Positions 14,001-26,672 of a DNA stretch of 64,000 nucleotides are shown here, one piece after another. Numbering within the stretch: the first letter of the stretch is position 1; every line of letters begins with the position of its first letter. This DNA comes from Chromera velia (lineage: Eukaryota). Below the pieces are notes generated by a model. It saw nothing but the letters and a program-made list of their open reading frames with translations. It had not been told where the DNA came from and did not search any database. The stretch is from positions 62,001 through 126,000 of the forward strand of contig JAHBMJ010000332.1 of NCBI GenBank assembly GCA_018398765.1, written 5' to 3'. The translations under genes and the position numbers were made by a program.

Positions 14001-16719
14001 CGGTCTCCAAAGTCCCAAGACAGAAGACATAGAATAGAAATCCCGGTCTTCCTTCCTTCCTTCCTTGCTTGCTTCGAGTCGAGTCGAGTCGAGTTGAAGA
14101 AGAACTGCGCACGGAGAAAGGGGTCACGGGCTCCCAATGCCTCCATGTCCCCCCAGCCCGACACCCTCCATCTCTGCACTAACTCCGACACCCCTCTAGC
14201 TACCCTACCCCTCCCTGCCCTTACAGACGCATGCCCTCACTTTTGAGAGTTTCGGTCTCGTCCCTCATGGCTGCTGCCGTCTCTGCATCCACCGACTCTG
14301 CCAGTCTGCGCGCTGCTTCCTTCAGTCGTTCCGCCTGCCTGCAGCTCAAATCACAGCGAAAAAGAACACAGCTCATGTGCACATCTGCCTAACGAGACTA
14401 TTTTTTCTGGCAGGCGTGCCTATCGGTTTTTTTGTCTGCAATCTCAGATGGCAGAAGGAAGGAAACACCCGCAAAAACCAGAAGCCACATAACCAGGCAA
14501 ATTGAACTTCTACCGTACCAGACTCATTTCATCTGTGCCTCTACAAAGCGAATACCTGAGGTGACTACCACCTTTCCATTCACGTGTGTATACGTATAGG
14601 CACCGCTTGGAGAGATTCAGAGAGTCCGAGCCTCACACGCACTCTTCCACTCACTCACCCGTTCACTCACTCACTCACTCACTCACTCACTGACTGCTGA
14701 CTCACACACTTGCTAACTGACTCGTGGATCAGAGCCTCTCGGGATTCGGCGTCTCGTCGGGCGTCCCACAACTCCTGCATGCATGCATCATGCAGTCGAC
14801 CAGTGGGGGGGGTGCACAACCATCAAGTTTCGTTGCTTGAGGAAGGGTAGGTGGGTAAGTCCCCACAGGCGACGTGCGAGCAAATGACGCACGCAATTGA
14901 GATTCATATGAGAAAAACCTGAACAAGTGCTCTGCCTATCATCTCTCCCTTCTCCCATCCCTCTCTCTCCCCCCCTCTCCCCCTTGGTCTACTTTTTGTA
15001 TTTCAACAAAACAATTCAAATGCGCACCTGCAGCAGTTCCTTGGATGACTTGAGCGGGGCTGCCCCATTTCCGTTGGCGTCCGGGAGAGCGAACCGGAAG
15101 GTCTCCGCGAGTTCCTGCCACAAGGCGTCTCCAGTCTGGGCCTCTCCCCTTGATTTGGAGTAGTACGCAAGAATGTCCTCCTCGTCTCCCCGGAGGGCGG
15201 GGACGCTGTTGGGCGNNNNNNNNNNNNNNNNNNNNNNGGGGGGGGGGGGGGGAGAAAAGAGAAAAGAGAAGGAGGGAGGGACAGAGGAAGAATTTGGACG
15301 ACCAGCTTTACTGTCTCAAAGAAGAAAAGAAAATTAGACCCAGAGAGGGCGGGTCACTTGACCCAAAGAAAAAAGTGAAGGAGGGTGGAAGGGACACATG
15401 AGAAGGGAATTAAGGAAGGACTTTGCAACAGGGGGGGAATTGAAGGTAACCATTCGGAGACTGACGGAGCCTCTTCAAAACGAAGGCAGGCAAATTGTAC
15501 GGGATATCAACAAAAAGCAAATATTGTTAGCACCAGGAGACAAAACATGAAAAGCGCTGCATTGTCACCACACACGCACAAAACTGTGGACGGACTCACT
15601 GATGAGGGGGAGAGGTCACGTTGAAAACCCGAATGGCCACCTCAGCAGCAGAGAGGCCATCCAACAGTCTGAACAGGTCCTTGTGGGTTCGCACATTCTC
15701 CATCCAACTGGCTGTGAACAGATACGGCTGCTTCAAGTGCTGCAGATCCTGCAAACCCCCTTCCTGAACCCGCCTCATCAGAGACACAAAACGCTCCCGG
15801 TAACGGTCAAACTCAAACCCTAGAGATCGCCCAGGAGTGACAGTGGAGGGCACAGCGACGTCCGAGACTGTTGCTGCTGCTGTCGGTACAGACAGGGCGG
15901 CCTCCATTCGTTTCCTTTCCACACCCACACCCTTTGCACCCTTCACGGCTGCGGCCTCAATCGGTCCTCTCTGTTGCTCCTCCCCCCTTTTGGACTTTCC
16001 TCCTTCCTGCAGTGTGGGTTTCTTCTGCAGCGCTCCCTCAATTCCCCCTCCCCTATTCTGTCTCTGTCTGCCTCCCTGCTGCTCAGGCACTAGTCGAGAT
16101 CCCGAAGGAGCCTGAGCGGGCCCTTCCTCCTCCTCCTCGGGCCTCGGCAAGGCCTGCACGTGAGCCCTCATCCCGCCCCCCATTCGAAACTCCTGGCACG
16201 ACCCTGCATGCAGACGGGGAGACGGCATTGAGGGAAAATTAAGGGATGAATCGAGAAGCAAAACAATCAATAAATTGAGGACTGGTAAAGTGTCGGTTCA
16301 TATGAGAGCAAGTCCTCCTTTCTCCTCGGCTTTTTGGGGCACTTACGAAAGCATACGCGCACCAAAAAAAGTTCATGAATCTGAAAAACACAATCGCACA
16401 TCTGTTGTATTTCATACACCAACAAGACATACTCCCTCTTCTGTTTCCCCCCCCNNNNNNNNNNNNNNNNNNNNNNAGAAAGAAAGAAAGAAAGAAAGAA
16501 AGAAACTCAGGGTCTGTCTGTCTCAGTGCATGTCTGACTGAGTGACTGACGTCGAATTGTTTCTTCTGTTGCAGGGTCTCTCGCAACCTGAAGCGGGGTT
16601 CTTCTGTCGACCAGACTCTGCACAATCAGGCACATACAGGAAGAGCAACTCATGCATGGCAAATACATGCACACAGACGCAGGCGCACTCATACACGCAC
16701 TCGCACGCATGCACACACA

Positions 16720-16770
<51 letters not shown>

Positions 16771-19700
16771 GTTTTTTTGAAGAGGCAGAGGGCACATTGT
16801 GGATTTGCATTGAATTGAAATTGAGAGGACCCAACGCATAGACACACGTGCGGGCAGAAAGACGCCCATCCTGTCAGACACAACACAACACAGACAGACA
16901 GACAGACTGGTATTCCAGCTTCAGCTCCCGCCAGACAGAGTTTCTCTGCTGCCTTCCGGAGTCCCCCCTCAGATGCTAGGTGAAGAGCCGTTCTTCCTTC
17001 CTGCATCACAATGAATAGCAGAAAGTCTCGTTCTTCAATGACTTTATCTAGAGATCCATGTAGACAGACTATATCGTCTTTTCTTTTCCTTTTTCTCCTT
17101 CTTCATTCTAGACAGACAGACAGACAAAAAGGTACGGGAAAAGAAAAAAACCCAGGGCGCTTGGAAGAGCTTTGATGCAATTCCAGACCACGTGTTGATT
17201 CATTCTTTCCCTCATGCAGTGTTTCCTCAACCAGGCAGGTGGTTTTTTGTTGTTGACTTTTATCTTCGAACCCCCCTTCAGATAGTGCACTCAACAGAGC
17301 ATCCGTCTCTCCTCTCCTCTCCAAGGCGTCTTCTTCCAACTGATTTCATGGACCCCCAAATCCTTCCTCACGCAGAATCTTCTTCCACAATTAACTGACC
17401 GCATCCCTGAAGTTCGGGTCTGCCCCTCTTTCACAAAGGGCCCGGATCGCCTCCTCCCTGTGGTGCACATGCAGACACGCACACACATGCAGACACGAAA
17501 TCAAACAATCAATCAGCGGAAAACACATGGAAGATGGGCTTCTGGACTGTTTCTTCTTTCGAAGGTAATCAGAACACGTTCAACCTTTGCTCTTTGGATG
17601 TTTTCTGCTTGCACACTGATGCAGGTTCTACCCGTTTGGCGACGTGCTGCCATACAGCTGTGCATGTGCATCAGTACAAAGTCAAACCTTCCATTCCTAT
17701 CTGCCCACACAGAGGAGAGAAGAAAACACAATGCTCACCTGCCTCCGTATTCGTTCTTGACGGCAAAGAAGACAGGGCTTCTGTGATGTTTGTCTGCCTG
17801 GTTCACTGCTGTCGGCCTCACTCGCAGGAGCATGGGGAGGAGGGTGCCGGGCCGAGGGGAGCAGGCAGCCAGATGCACTGGGGTGCGGCCGAGCTGCACA
17901 CATCACAGACACACAAACACACACACACATAGAGAGAGGGTGGAAGGGGACATGAGAAAGACCCAGAGTGGGGGAGCGAAGAATGTGCGTACCACTTCAC
18001 TGGAGCGGAGATGAAGATTCCGCAAAGCAAGCAGCCTTCAAGCAAAGAAGAGCAAGGGATTGGTGGAGCAAGAAAAATTGCACTGCACAGAAGGCCCTCC
18101 CTCCCCCACTGACCCCATCCGGAGCATCGACTGCCCCACCAGCTCTGACAATCTGCTCGGCCACAGAGACCTGCCCGTATTCGCATCCCTGCACTCCCAC
18201 CATAACATAAAGTTACAGCAAAATGAGACAGACAGCTGAGGATGCCAGACAGACAGACCGATCGATCAGGAAAGACAACCAACAGAGAAAGGAACAGAAG
18301 AATAAACGAGGGACCGCAGGATCGAGAAAGTTGCGCCACAAGGGAGACATGCAGAACACATGCAAACAAAAGCATCACCTCCGGTCATGAATGAGTCGAA
18401 CCACCCATCCACCCACCCACCAACCCGTCCACCCACCAATCAAAGAATGACTGCCTGACTGACTGACTGACAAGATGCAAAGGGGTTCTCCCAAGCATAT
18501 CCCTTGAGTTTGGGTCTGCCCCCGCTTCCAGGCACATCTGTGCAAGTGTGTCGTGGCCTTCCTTGGCTGCCAAATGAAGAGCCGTCTTCTTCCTCTGCAC
18601 ACATACATGCATAGGGAGGCCGAAAGAGGACACACAGACGATCAGTTGGAGCACTGACACCATCAGCAGACGAGGGGGCAAACTGCATGTTTCTTTCTTT
18701 CTCCTCTTTGATGTACACAGATAGACACACAGAAGGGCAGGGAGAGAGACAGATGAACACAAGGGAACAAACAGATGCAGAAAGACAGGCGGCCAGGCAC
18801 ACACCACCCCACCCGTTAGAATAGGCAGGAAAGAAAAAAGGACGAAACCAGCTCACCGTGTCTGTAAGTGCAAGAAGGACGTCAGCGTCTTCACTTTGCA
18901 GTGCTGCTCTCACAGAGGCGTAGTCATTCTCGCACACGTGTCTGTGGAAGAGGGCCCCTTTTCGCTTCCAGTCTGCCTCCACTTCTTCCACACTCTCCCC
19001 CAGAGGCCCTACAGGTTCCCCCTTAAGGTCCCGTCTCTTCAATTTCTTCGCTAGAAGACCCGAAGGCACCAGGACTGCCGCCGCGGCGGTGAGGGAAGGG
19101 ACTCCGGCAGCACTCGACGCAGTGGTCCTTGAGGGTGGGCCCTGGGCCTCGGACCGCACCATCTTCTCTAGGCCCGGGGAAGATGGGCGTGGGGGCGGGA
19201 CAGGGGAGGGCTGTTGGTGCTGTTGCGGGAGGGTAAGGGAGAGACGGGGGTGTTCCCAGGGATGTCCATGGGTCGCCTCCGGGGACTGTGAATAGAGAGA
19301 GGGTCTCCTGCCGTATCGCGAATGCTGGAGTCTCCGAGAAATCTGCATAGTTTCACCCATGAACTTACTCACTGACTCGCCGACTTTAATACATGCTAAG
19401 TCATTTGTTCATTCATTCCCTCATGTACCCTCTCACCCGCTCACTCACTCACTCAATCATTCACTCACTCACTCACTCACTCAATTGCTCAGTCATTCGC
19501 ACAAGTGAGTGCCTTGCTGAGTTTCTGAAACAACCCGCAACTGCATCAAAGATGCGCCACCCGCTGTGCAGGTAGGTACGAAATTTCGGCTTTTGCTCAC
19601 TGTCAGACGATGTGTTGCTGCACATCCCAAAATTGCATTAGAGAAGCCTCTATATCACTAGATCAAACACACACGTCAATGTACGACCTGCAGTCCAAGG

Positions 19701-20298
19701 TGGTTTGTTGAGTGAGCTGACTACGCACCTTTGCCTGGAGGTCCTCGGAGAAGGGCGCGCCTCTGTTGGTATTCGAGTAGATCTGCAGATGTTCAGTCAA
19801 GAGTATGCAGGAAGAAGGACGGTCATGGGGTGAATGGGCAATCTGAAGAACCGAAGTGGGTCCTGGCTACATTCTCACTCACACGACATACGCACACAGA
19901 AGAAGGACTGGATGGCTCGGAGAACGCAGGCATATGTAATTGGGAAAGGTCAATGGAACGGTGCAACACTGAATGGGCACGTAGACGGAAGAAGGACCCG
20001 AAGAGCAATGACAAGAAAAGTGAAGTGAAGGACCCTAGAGCGATTCATCAAGGATAATGACTCAGAGAAAGAAGGAAGGATCTGGAGTCATCTTTTGAAG
20101 CAACAAAAGCTGTAGACACATCCCTCTGGGAGGGCAAGACAAGACGAGAAATACACTCACAATTTTGAACACAGGGTCTGCCTCAATCAAGGCAAGCTCG
20201 TCATGAGACATTCGCTCCACCCCCTCCCTGAACAGCTTGTCTGCAAGATACCGTGACACTGACGACGAGTCATCAGGGCTGCTCTCTGCACTCCTCAT
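553..20298 (-). CDS. Large multi-exon gene (~35-40 exons): N-terminal ankyrin repeats, central coiled coil, five C-terminal C2 domains, no TM segment
   Basis: Putative start MRSAESSPDD at 20298 and last exon 553-891 ending GPLKKS*. Splice phases agree at the junctions I checked (e.g. EWK-CA|C-FRVGHNTAQPQW; IR-C|GG-SCQEF). One exon start falls inside the N gap 15216-15237, so a two-gene model cannot be fully excluded. Confidence 0.7.
11080..14340 (-). other. Coiled-coil exons of the large gene
   Basis: E/K/R/Q/A-rich heptad exons such as DLQRQLEERDHEVHKLRKELETAKRER, EELQHKARMLDISEDNLASQKRK and LQTENAALRASTTQLAEADAAITFLKLRTKELQEQLDE. Confidence 0.8.
16552..18975 (-). other. Ankyrin-repeat exons of the large gene
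   Basis: KKTALHLAAKEGHDTLAQMCLEAGADPNSRDMLGRTPLHL, GCEYGQVSVAEQIVRAGGAVDAPDG, RSPVFFAVKNEY, GRTALHLASEGGLRKAAEKLCLAGAE and RRTPLQVA follow the ankyrin TPLH/TALH consensus. Confidence 0.9.
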
Positions 20299-20439
20299 CT
20301 GCGCAATCAATCAGACTGCGAGTCTTGGTGTCAACGTGAGCGTGTCTTCTGGTTTCTTTCAACCGTCTACATGAACGGGTCCCACTTTTGATTCCTTCGC
20401 TTGCCTCTTAAGCAAGCCTGGATCAGAACATTTCACTGC

Positions 20440-21060
20440 CGCTGACCTTCTATCAACGGGCCACTGTCGAACTATAGGCGTAGATGCACTCTTTCCTGTT
20501 GTGCAAAACGCACCTGTGAGTGGAATTATATATATTTCTCAGGAAATTTTCCTGGTATGCAGTACGTTACCATGCACGTACGTTGTGTTGCGCAACATCG
20601 ATCTTAATTCGTTGCAAATGAAGATAGGAACCAATTCAGGGGACACAAAAAAATTCCCGTATCCGATGGTGTTGGGGGGAGGGGGGGTCACCATGCAGCT
20701 ATGATCGTGGTCGGACCCGGCCTTTTCCTTCGCAAACCGGCCCCCGGCCGGGCCGAAGCGTGACTCAGGCGTCAGGCCGCGCCGCGGGGTACGCGCGTAT
20801 CGGACATGCACCCCCAATTTGGGGGGGGGGGGTGGCAAACGGTTTCCCCGATACTCTAAGCCGAGAATTTTTTTGTGTCCCCTCACTCTTCGTTGACCGC
20901 GCAAGCTTAGTTGCTCTCAGTGATCAGATCGGTCAGTCTGAATTTCACATGCATGACAACGTACAGATCACTTCTGAGTGACACGAAATTGATGAGTCGA
21001 ACGTAACTTAACCAACCTCTGTCTGTATACATGTGTATGTGACTCTCTTGCTGCTATTTG
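20440..21060. promoter_or_regulatory. Bidirectional promoter region between the divergent ankyrin-C2 and dioxygenase genes
   Basis: Microsatellite-free interval between two divergent starts, with a GC/CpG-rich core at ~20700-20830 containing the TACGCGCGTA palindrome and a CATGCA motif. Confidence 0.5.
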
Positions 21061-21271
21061 CTGCTCCTTGAGAGATTCACCCAACTGGAAACGGAAGTCC
21101 CCAGTCGGAAGGTCAACCTATAAACGAAGAGGAACGAGCTGCGCGCCTCTGGAAAGCCATCCACCCCCCTCTGCAAGGAGGACGGGCCCGCACTGGAACA
21201 ACACCTTGGATGGAGCATTCCGTCTGAACCTGACACATGCACTGCAGAGAGACACCCAAGGCCGTGCAGAG

Positions 21272-22920
21272 ATGCCAGGCAGAAAGAAAGCCGCAGAGAG
21301 CGTCCCTATTCGGGCCTTCAAAATCCGGAACGAGAGCCCTGCCTTCTGGAACATCTTCCTGGTCGTGTTCCTAAAGATCGTCCGACTCTTCTCTCTGAGG
21401 GGTCTCCGAGTCTTCTACGGGGGGGCTTTCGCGGACATGAGTGCCGACACAGAGTAAGTCAGGCTTAGTCAGCTAGCTTGCTCATGTGTGGCCTTCCTGG
21501 CTCTGGAATACCTCAAAGAGCTTATGTTCCGTTCTGCCTGCTTGGTTGTTTGAGTTGCATGAAGGTGTTGTGTGATTCCTTCTGAAGAGGTGTTGTTGTG
21601 CGGTTTTCGAGTCTTTTTGCTTCCCTCTTTTCCAATCCCTTTCTTGTACTGTGGCTGGTTTCTCCTGACCGGTCGCGTGTCCATCCAAGCTGTTGGGCTC
21701 ATCGAACAACCCAAGCAACATTCTGAGTGGGTTTCGGGCAATGTTGAGTGAGTGTATCTTGCGACGATTCCGCAAAGTGCCACCAAAGATAATTTGGCGA
21801 CCACTTGCAATAAGCCCCATGCCTGGTCTGGTGTAAGTCCCTTTATGTAGTTGAATGTGTGATAATGTGTGTGTGGGTGTGCGTCCACGTTTGCAGGGCC
21901 CTAGTTGAGGAGATGAAAACTTTTGTGGACATCAGGACCGATAACCACGCGGCCCGTCTCCTTGGACATCTGTCTGGTCACATCTCGGCAGAAGAGAAGG
22001 AGGAGGAGGGAACGAGGAGGGTCTCCTTCGTGATCACACACGCCTCCGTGGAAACCTCCTCCCTGGTGGAGCCCGAGGAGTGCTGCAGAGACCTGGTCCT
22101 CCTCTCAATGGTGTTGGCCTTGCTGAGGTGGAGCCACCTGGAGGTGGTCCTGTCTCCTGCTGCCTCGGTCAGTGAAAGAAACAGAGGGAGGGGGAGACGG
22201 GGAGAGAAGCAGACAGACAGGCAGGTAGGCAGATTATTATGAGGGTGTTCTTCCTCTTTCTCATATTCTTTCTCATGTCAAGCTTCTCTCCCTATCTCTC
22301 GTTCGTTTTTTCTTCCTTGCTCCCCTCCCTCCCTCCCTCCCTCCCTCCCTCCCTCCCTTCCTCCTTCTTTCCTTCCTTCCTTCCTTCCTTCCTTCCTTTC
22401 TCTCTTCCTTCCTTCCTTCCTCCCTCCCTCCCTTCCTTCCTCCCTTCCTCCCTTCCTCCCTTCCTTCCTTCCTTCCTTCCTTCCTCTCCTCCGTCCGTCC
22501 GTCATTCCTTCGTTCCTTTGTTTGTTTGTTCGTTCGTTCTTCCTGTGTCATTTTTTTTTCTTTCTTTCCAGCTGCATACAGTCGGACCATTATGCTGACT
22601 ATCAGTCGACAGGCAAACTGATTGACGCACAGATCCCGTTTTTCTTTTATCTTTTTCCTTTCATCTGCAGGTCGGGAATGGCCTCATCGTGTGCCCCAGT
22701 GTGACGTCCTTCTTCGGCATCAAGAAGACCGTCCGGATGAAGACCGTCCGGATCTTGCCGAATTGGTCGGCCTCCGCCCTCTTTTTGTTTTCTACTTGTC
22801 GATTGTACTGACGTGGATGTACGCGAACAAACTTGGTTTGAGAGAGTTGTGAAAGGGACATTGCGTTGTTTTTTCCGGGTTTCTCGCTTTCCTGCTTAGT
22901 GATTCTTCTCCTGTATTCAC

Positions 22921-22975
<55 letters not shown>

Positions 22976-22990
22976 TTCTCTCTTTCTCTC

Positions 22991-23041
<51 letters not shown>

Positions 23042-24172
23042 GCTCTCCCTCTTTCTCTCCCTGTTTCTCCCTTCGTGTGTGTGTGCCTACTTTCTTTCAT
23101 CTCTTTTGCTCCAATACTTGCGGAGGTCTATGTCCTCTTCTTTTGGAGTACCGTGTTGATTCGTTCGATTCTCACTCTAGACTCTCTCTCCTCCCTCTGT
23201 CTGATCACCGAGCAAATTGCCAGACGTACCCATTCGAGTTTGAATAAAGGCGTGAGCACAAAATGGAGGGGGGGAAAGACTTGTGTGTACCGCAGCCAGG
23301 CTTCATTTACTAGTAACTTTTTCCTCAGGAGAATTTCCATTTGGGAGTATGTGAAACTCCCTTTTTCATTTTTTTTATGCATGTGAGACGCGAGACGTGC
23401 AGGCAAAATGCGGGGAGTACTGGAAGGTTTTCGGGTTCCCCTGCAATGAGAGAGACTCCATCGGGCGTGTGTTTGCGCGTTCCTTTGATACCTGCAGATT
23501 CTCCAAGTGAGTCAAGTGACTACACGGGCATGCCCATGGAGGGAGTGGAGGGAGGGTTGTTTTCATTCACCACTTGTCTCTTTGTTTTTTCGCTTCTTTC
23601 CGAGTTGCCTTCGGATAGTTTTCTTTGCTTCGTACTTGAGTCGGCCTCAACTCTTCTTCACATTACTCCTAGTCTCCCCCCCTCCCCAGATGAGTGCCTC
23701 CATATGATCGATCGGGAACGGCAGAAAGAGGCTTGGGGCGACTTGCGTCTCCCTTTGTTCGTCTGTTTACCTTCTGACGTTCTCGCTTGTAGGCGATCTT
23801 CAACACACACACACACGCACACACACACATACAGGCACAAAGGCACACATGCGCGCGCGCGCACACACACACACACGCGCACGCGCACGCGCAGAGAAAG
23901 AGAGAGAGAAGCTGACTCTTCATCTCACTAGTTGACTTGCTGGTCTCAATGTTTGTCCCCCGATTTGTGTACGTCTGCATGTGACCCTGCAGGGAGGGTG
24001 TGCAGGTGTTCCCGAACTTTCTTCCTCGGCCGGTTTTCCTCGTCCTCCGCTGCCTCGTGTGGCTCCACTGGGTGGCGGTCCAGAAGAGGTCGGTCGGTGC
24101 ACGGGTGAATGGGAGACGGCAGATCGATCGAAGGAATCGGGAGACAAGAGGCGCAAACACACACACACAACA

Positions 24173-24214
<42 letters not shown>

Positions 24215-26639
24215 CTTTTTGTTCTTCCTTTTGGTCCTTCCCTTTTCTTCTCTCTCTCAAATCATGACAACCAGCCAGCCAGCCAGCGGGACAGACAGAC
24301 AGACAGAAGGACAGAGAGACTCAAGGAAGCAAGTAAGGAAGGAAGCATGTGACCAGGTAGACAGCTGGAATGAATGAAGGAAGCGAAGAATCACAGGAGA
24401 AGGAAACACGCTTCATTTCTTTTTTCCATCTCATCATGCGGCCCTTTTTTTTTCGTCGATCCATGCAATTTCCTGCCTTCTTTCCTTCCTTCCTTCCTTC
24501 CCGCGTGCAGGATCGCGTCCTGCTCAGGAGCGGTGTTGAAGGCCACGGGACGATACAAGACCAAACAGGCCGCGACGAGAGGAAACACCTTCAGGTTCGT
24601 CCGTATGTGTGTTTGTCTCTCTACCTGTCCCGCTGTCCGGGAAAAGAAGAAACATGCAGTGTGCGTGTCGGTCACTGCTTCATAAAGTCTCTTCGTCGCG
24701 CTTCTGGGCTGCGGCCCACTGTAACTTGAGGCACATTCCGGCCCCGTGTTTCTCTTTTTCTGGAAAGGATGGCGTGCGTCGGCTTCGAACTGGATAACAC
24801 GTTGAAGAAAGTTCGCAATACAAAAACGAATGCAAATGATTGGGGTATGGCTCTTTCCTCCCGTGATTCGTGTTATTTACCTCTGCGAGTCACCTTTGGT
24901 ATGCAGGCGGGTGGACGTCTGTTTGAAGAATCGTGCATGCATTTTCTTTCATACAGAATTATTTTTCTGATGTATGTAAAGAAAATGCAGGCGGGTGGAC
25001 GTCTCTTTGAAGAGTCACGTGACGGACGGGTCGGACCTGGCCCGGATCAGTGCGGCGCTCCATTTCGTCCTGGAGAAGTTTGTAGTGCCCAAGATCATGT
25101 AAGTCCTTTTTCATTTTCTGTCAAGGGAGAGAAGAGACATACAGGCTTCCTGTCAGTCTGTCTGTCTGTCTGTCTGTCTGTCTGCCGGTTTTGCTCGTTT
25201 GTCCTTGCCCTTTGCTTCTTTTTGTCTGTTATGTACATGAAGGTAGCAGAAAGAACGTATAGTCTGTCCGTCTGTTTATCTGCTTTCTTGTCCATCTGCA
25301 GTCTGCCTGTCTCTCTGCCTGTCTGTCTGTGAAATGGGAGAAGAAGAAGAAACATATAGTCTGTGTGTGAAATGTAGAAATGCGACAGATAAAGGAGAGG
25401 TGACCAGAATGGGACGTCTTGCCATCCGAGTGCTTGATTGATTTTCTCAAGATCAAACTTTCTCTTTTCCTGAACATCCGTCTCTTCTCTTTTTTTTTCG
25501 CGGCATTGCCCTGAAAAACTTTGGTGTGTCCATTCAGCGGATTTGATTTTCTTGATGCGCATTTCGTCTCCCGGACGGACTTGGCTGTACGGAATTCACT
25601 CGGATGACTAGAGATGCTGTGACTGCGCAAGTTCTCGTATCAGTGAAGAGAGCAAGCAGGGAATTGTTCAGATGAATTGACCGACTGGCACGTGTTCTTG
25701 AAATGATGCTTGCATGCATGCATGCATGCACGCAGGCTACATGATGTCTGTGGGCCCCCATAAGGACAACCAAGTGGCGCACTTCGACTTCTCATCAAAT
25801 GATGCTCTGAACTCGTGAGTCTCCTCTCCTCTCTTCTCTTCTCTCTCGAGTGGATGAGTGAACTTGTTTGTGTCTACGTCGTTTCAATCCTTCGATCTTC
25901 AACGTCTTTTTTTTGTCTGGGGTGTGAAAGAGATCTTGTTTGTGTTTTCCTCCCTATCTGTCGCTGTGGACAGAGTGAAAGCAGACAATTAAGTGAGGAA
26001 ACGGACAGGATAGATTTGCATCTCATATCGACGCATTCTTACGCAAATGCAGTTTTCTGTCTGTTTCTCTGTTTGTCTCCTTGGATGTTCTTTCTGTGCA
26101 TGCCTGCCTGCCTGTGCGTGAATTCGTGTGTGTGCCTGCAGGCCCATCTTCCACTTCTTCCTTCCTCTGGTGACTCTGCTGGATGGGTGGGCCCCCACAG
26201 AGTTCTTCTTCGGCAACGGTGAATTGTTTGTTTGTTTGTTTCCCTGTCTTGTACTTTTTTCTGTGAGAGTAGCGTTCGTTGGTCTCTAGACATTTTGTCT
26301 GCCTCAGGAAGCATCCTCGCTCGGTTGTGGTGGGTGTGCGTACTCAGAACGAAGTGAGAAGTCATCTTTTGAAGGGTCCGGTTGAGGAAAAAAAAACCCC
26401 GCGACTTTCATTTGGCTGACAAGATTGCAGAAGCCCATTCCCAACAGAGCAAGCATCAACAGTCCCTGTTGCCCTCAACCTTTCCGTCCGCTTCTTTTCT
26501 CACCCATCCGTTTCTGCTCTGACTCCCCCCCGCCTTTCCTTCCGGTCAATTTCCCTCCTCGCAGAGTCCCTGTTCTCCTCTGCTCCGGAGAACAGCGTCA
26601 CGATGATGGTCAGTCAGAGAGTGGACGACAAGAAGAGAT

Positions 26640-26672
<33 letters not shown>

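Noticed and set aside
15216..16476. N runs at 15216-15237 and 16455-16476 (also 45379-45407) as biological boundaries
   Set aside because: They are assembly gaps, the first two directly beside G/C homopolymers, and the flanking exons remain frame-compatible.
19729..20298. Possible acyl-CoA-binding domain N-terminal to the ankyrins
   Set aside because: Only a vague helical resemblance; the LY..YKQAT.G and KW.AW motifs are absent.
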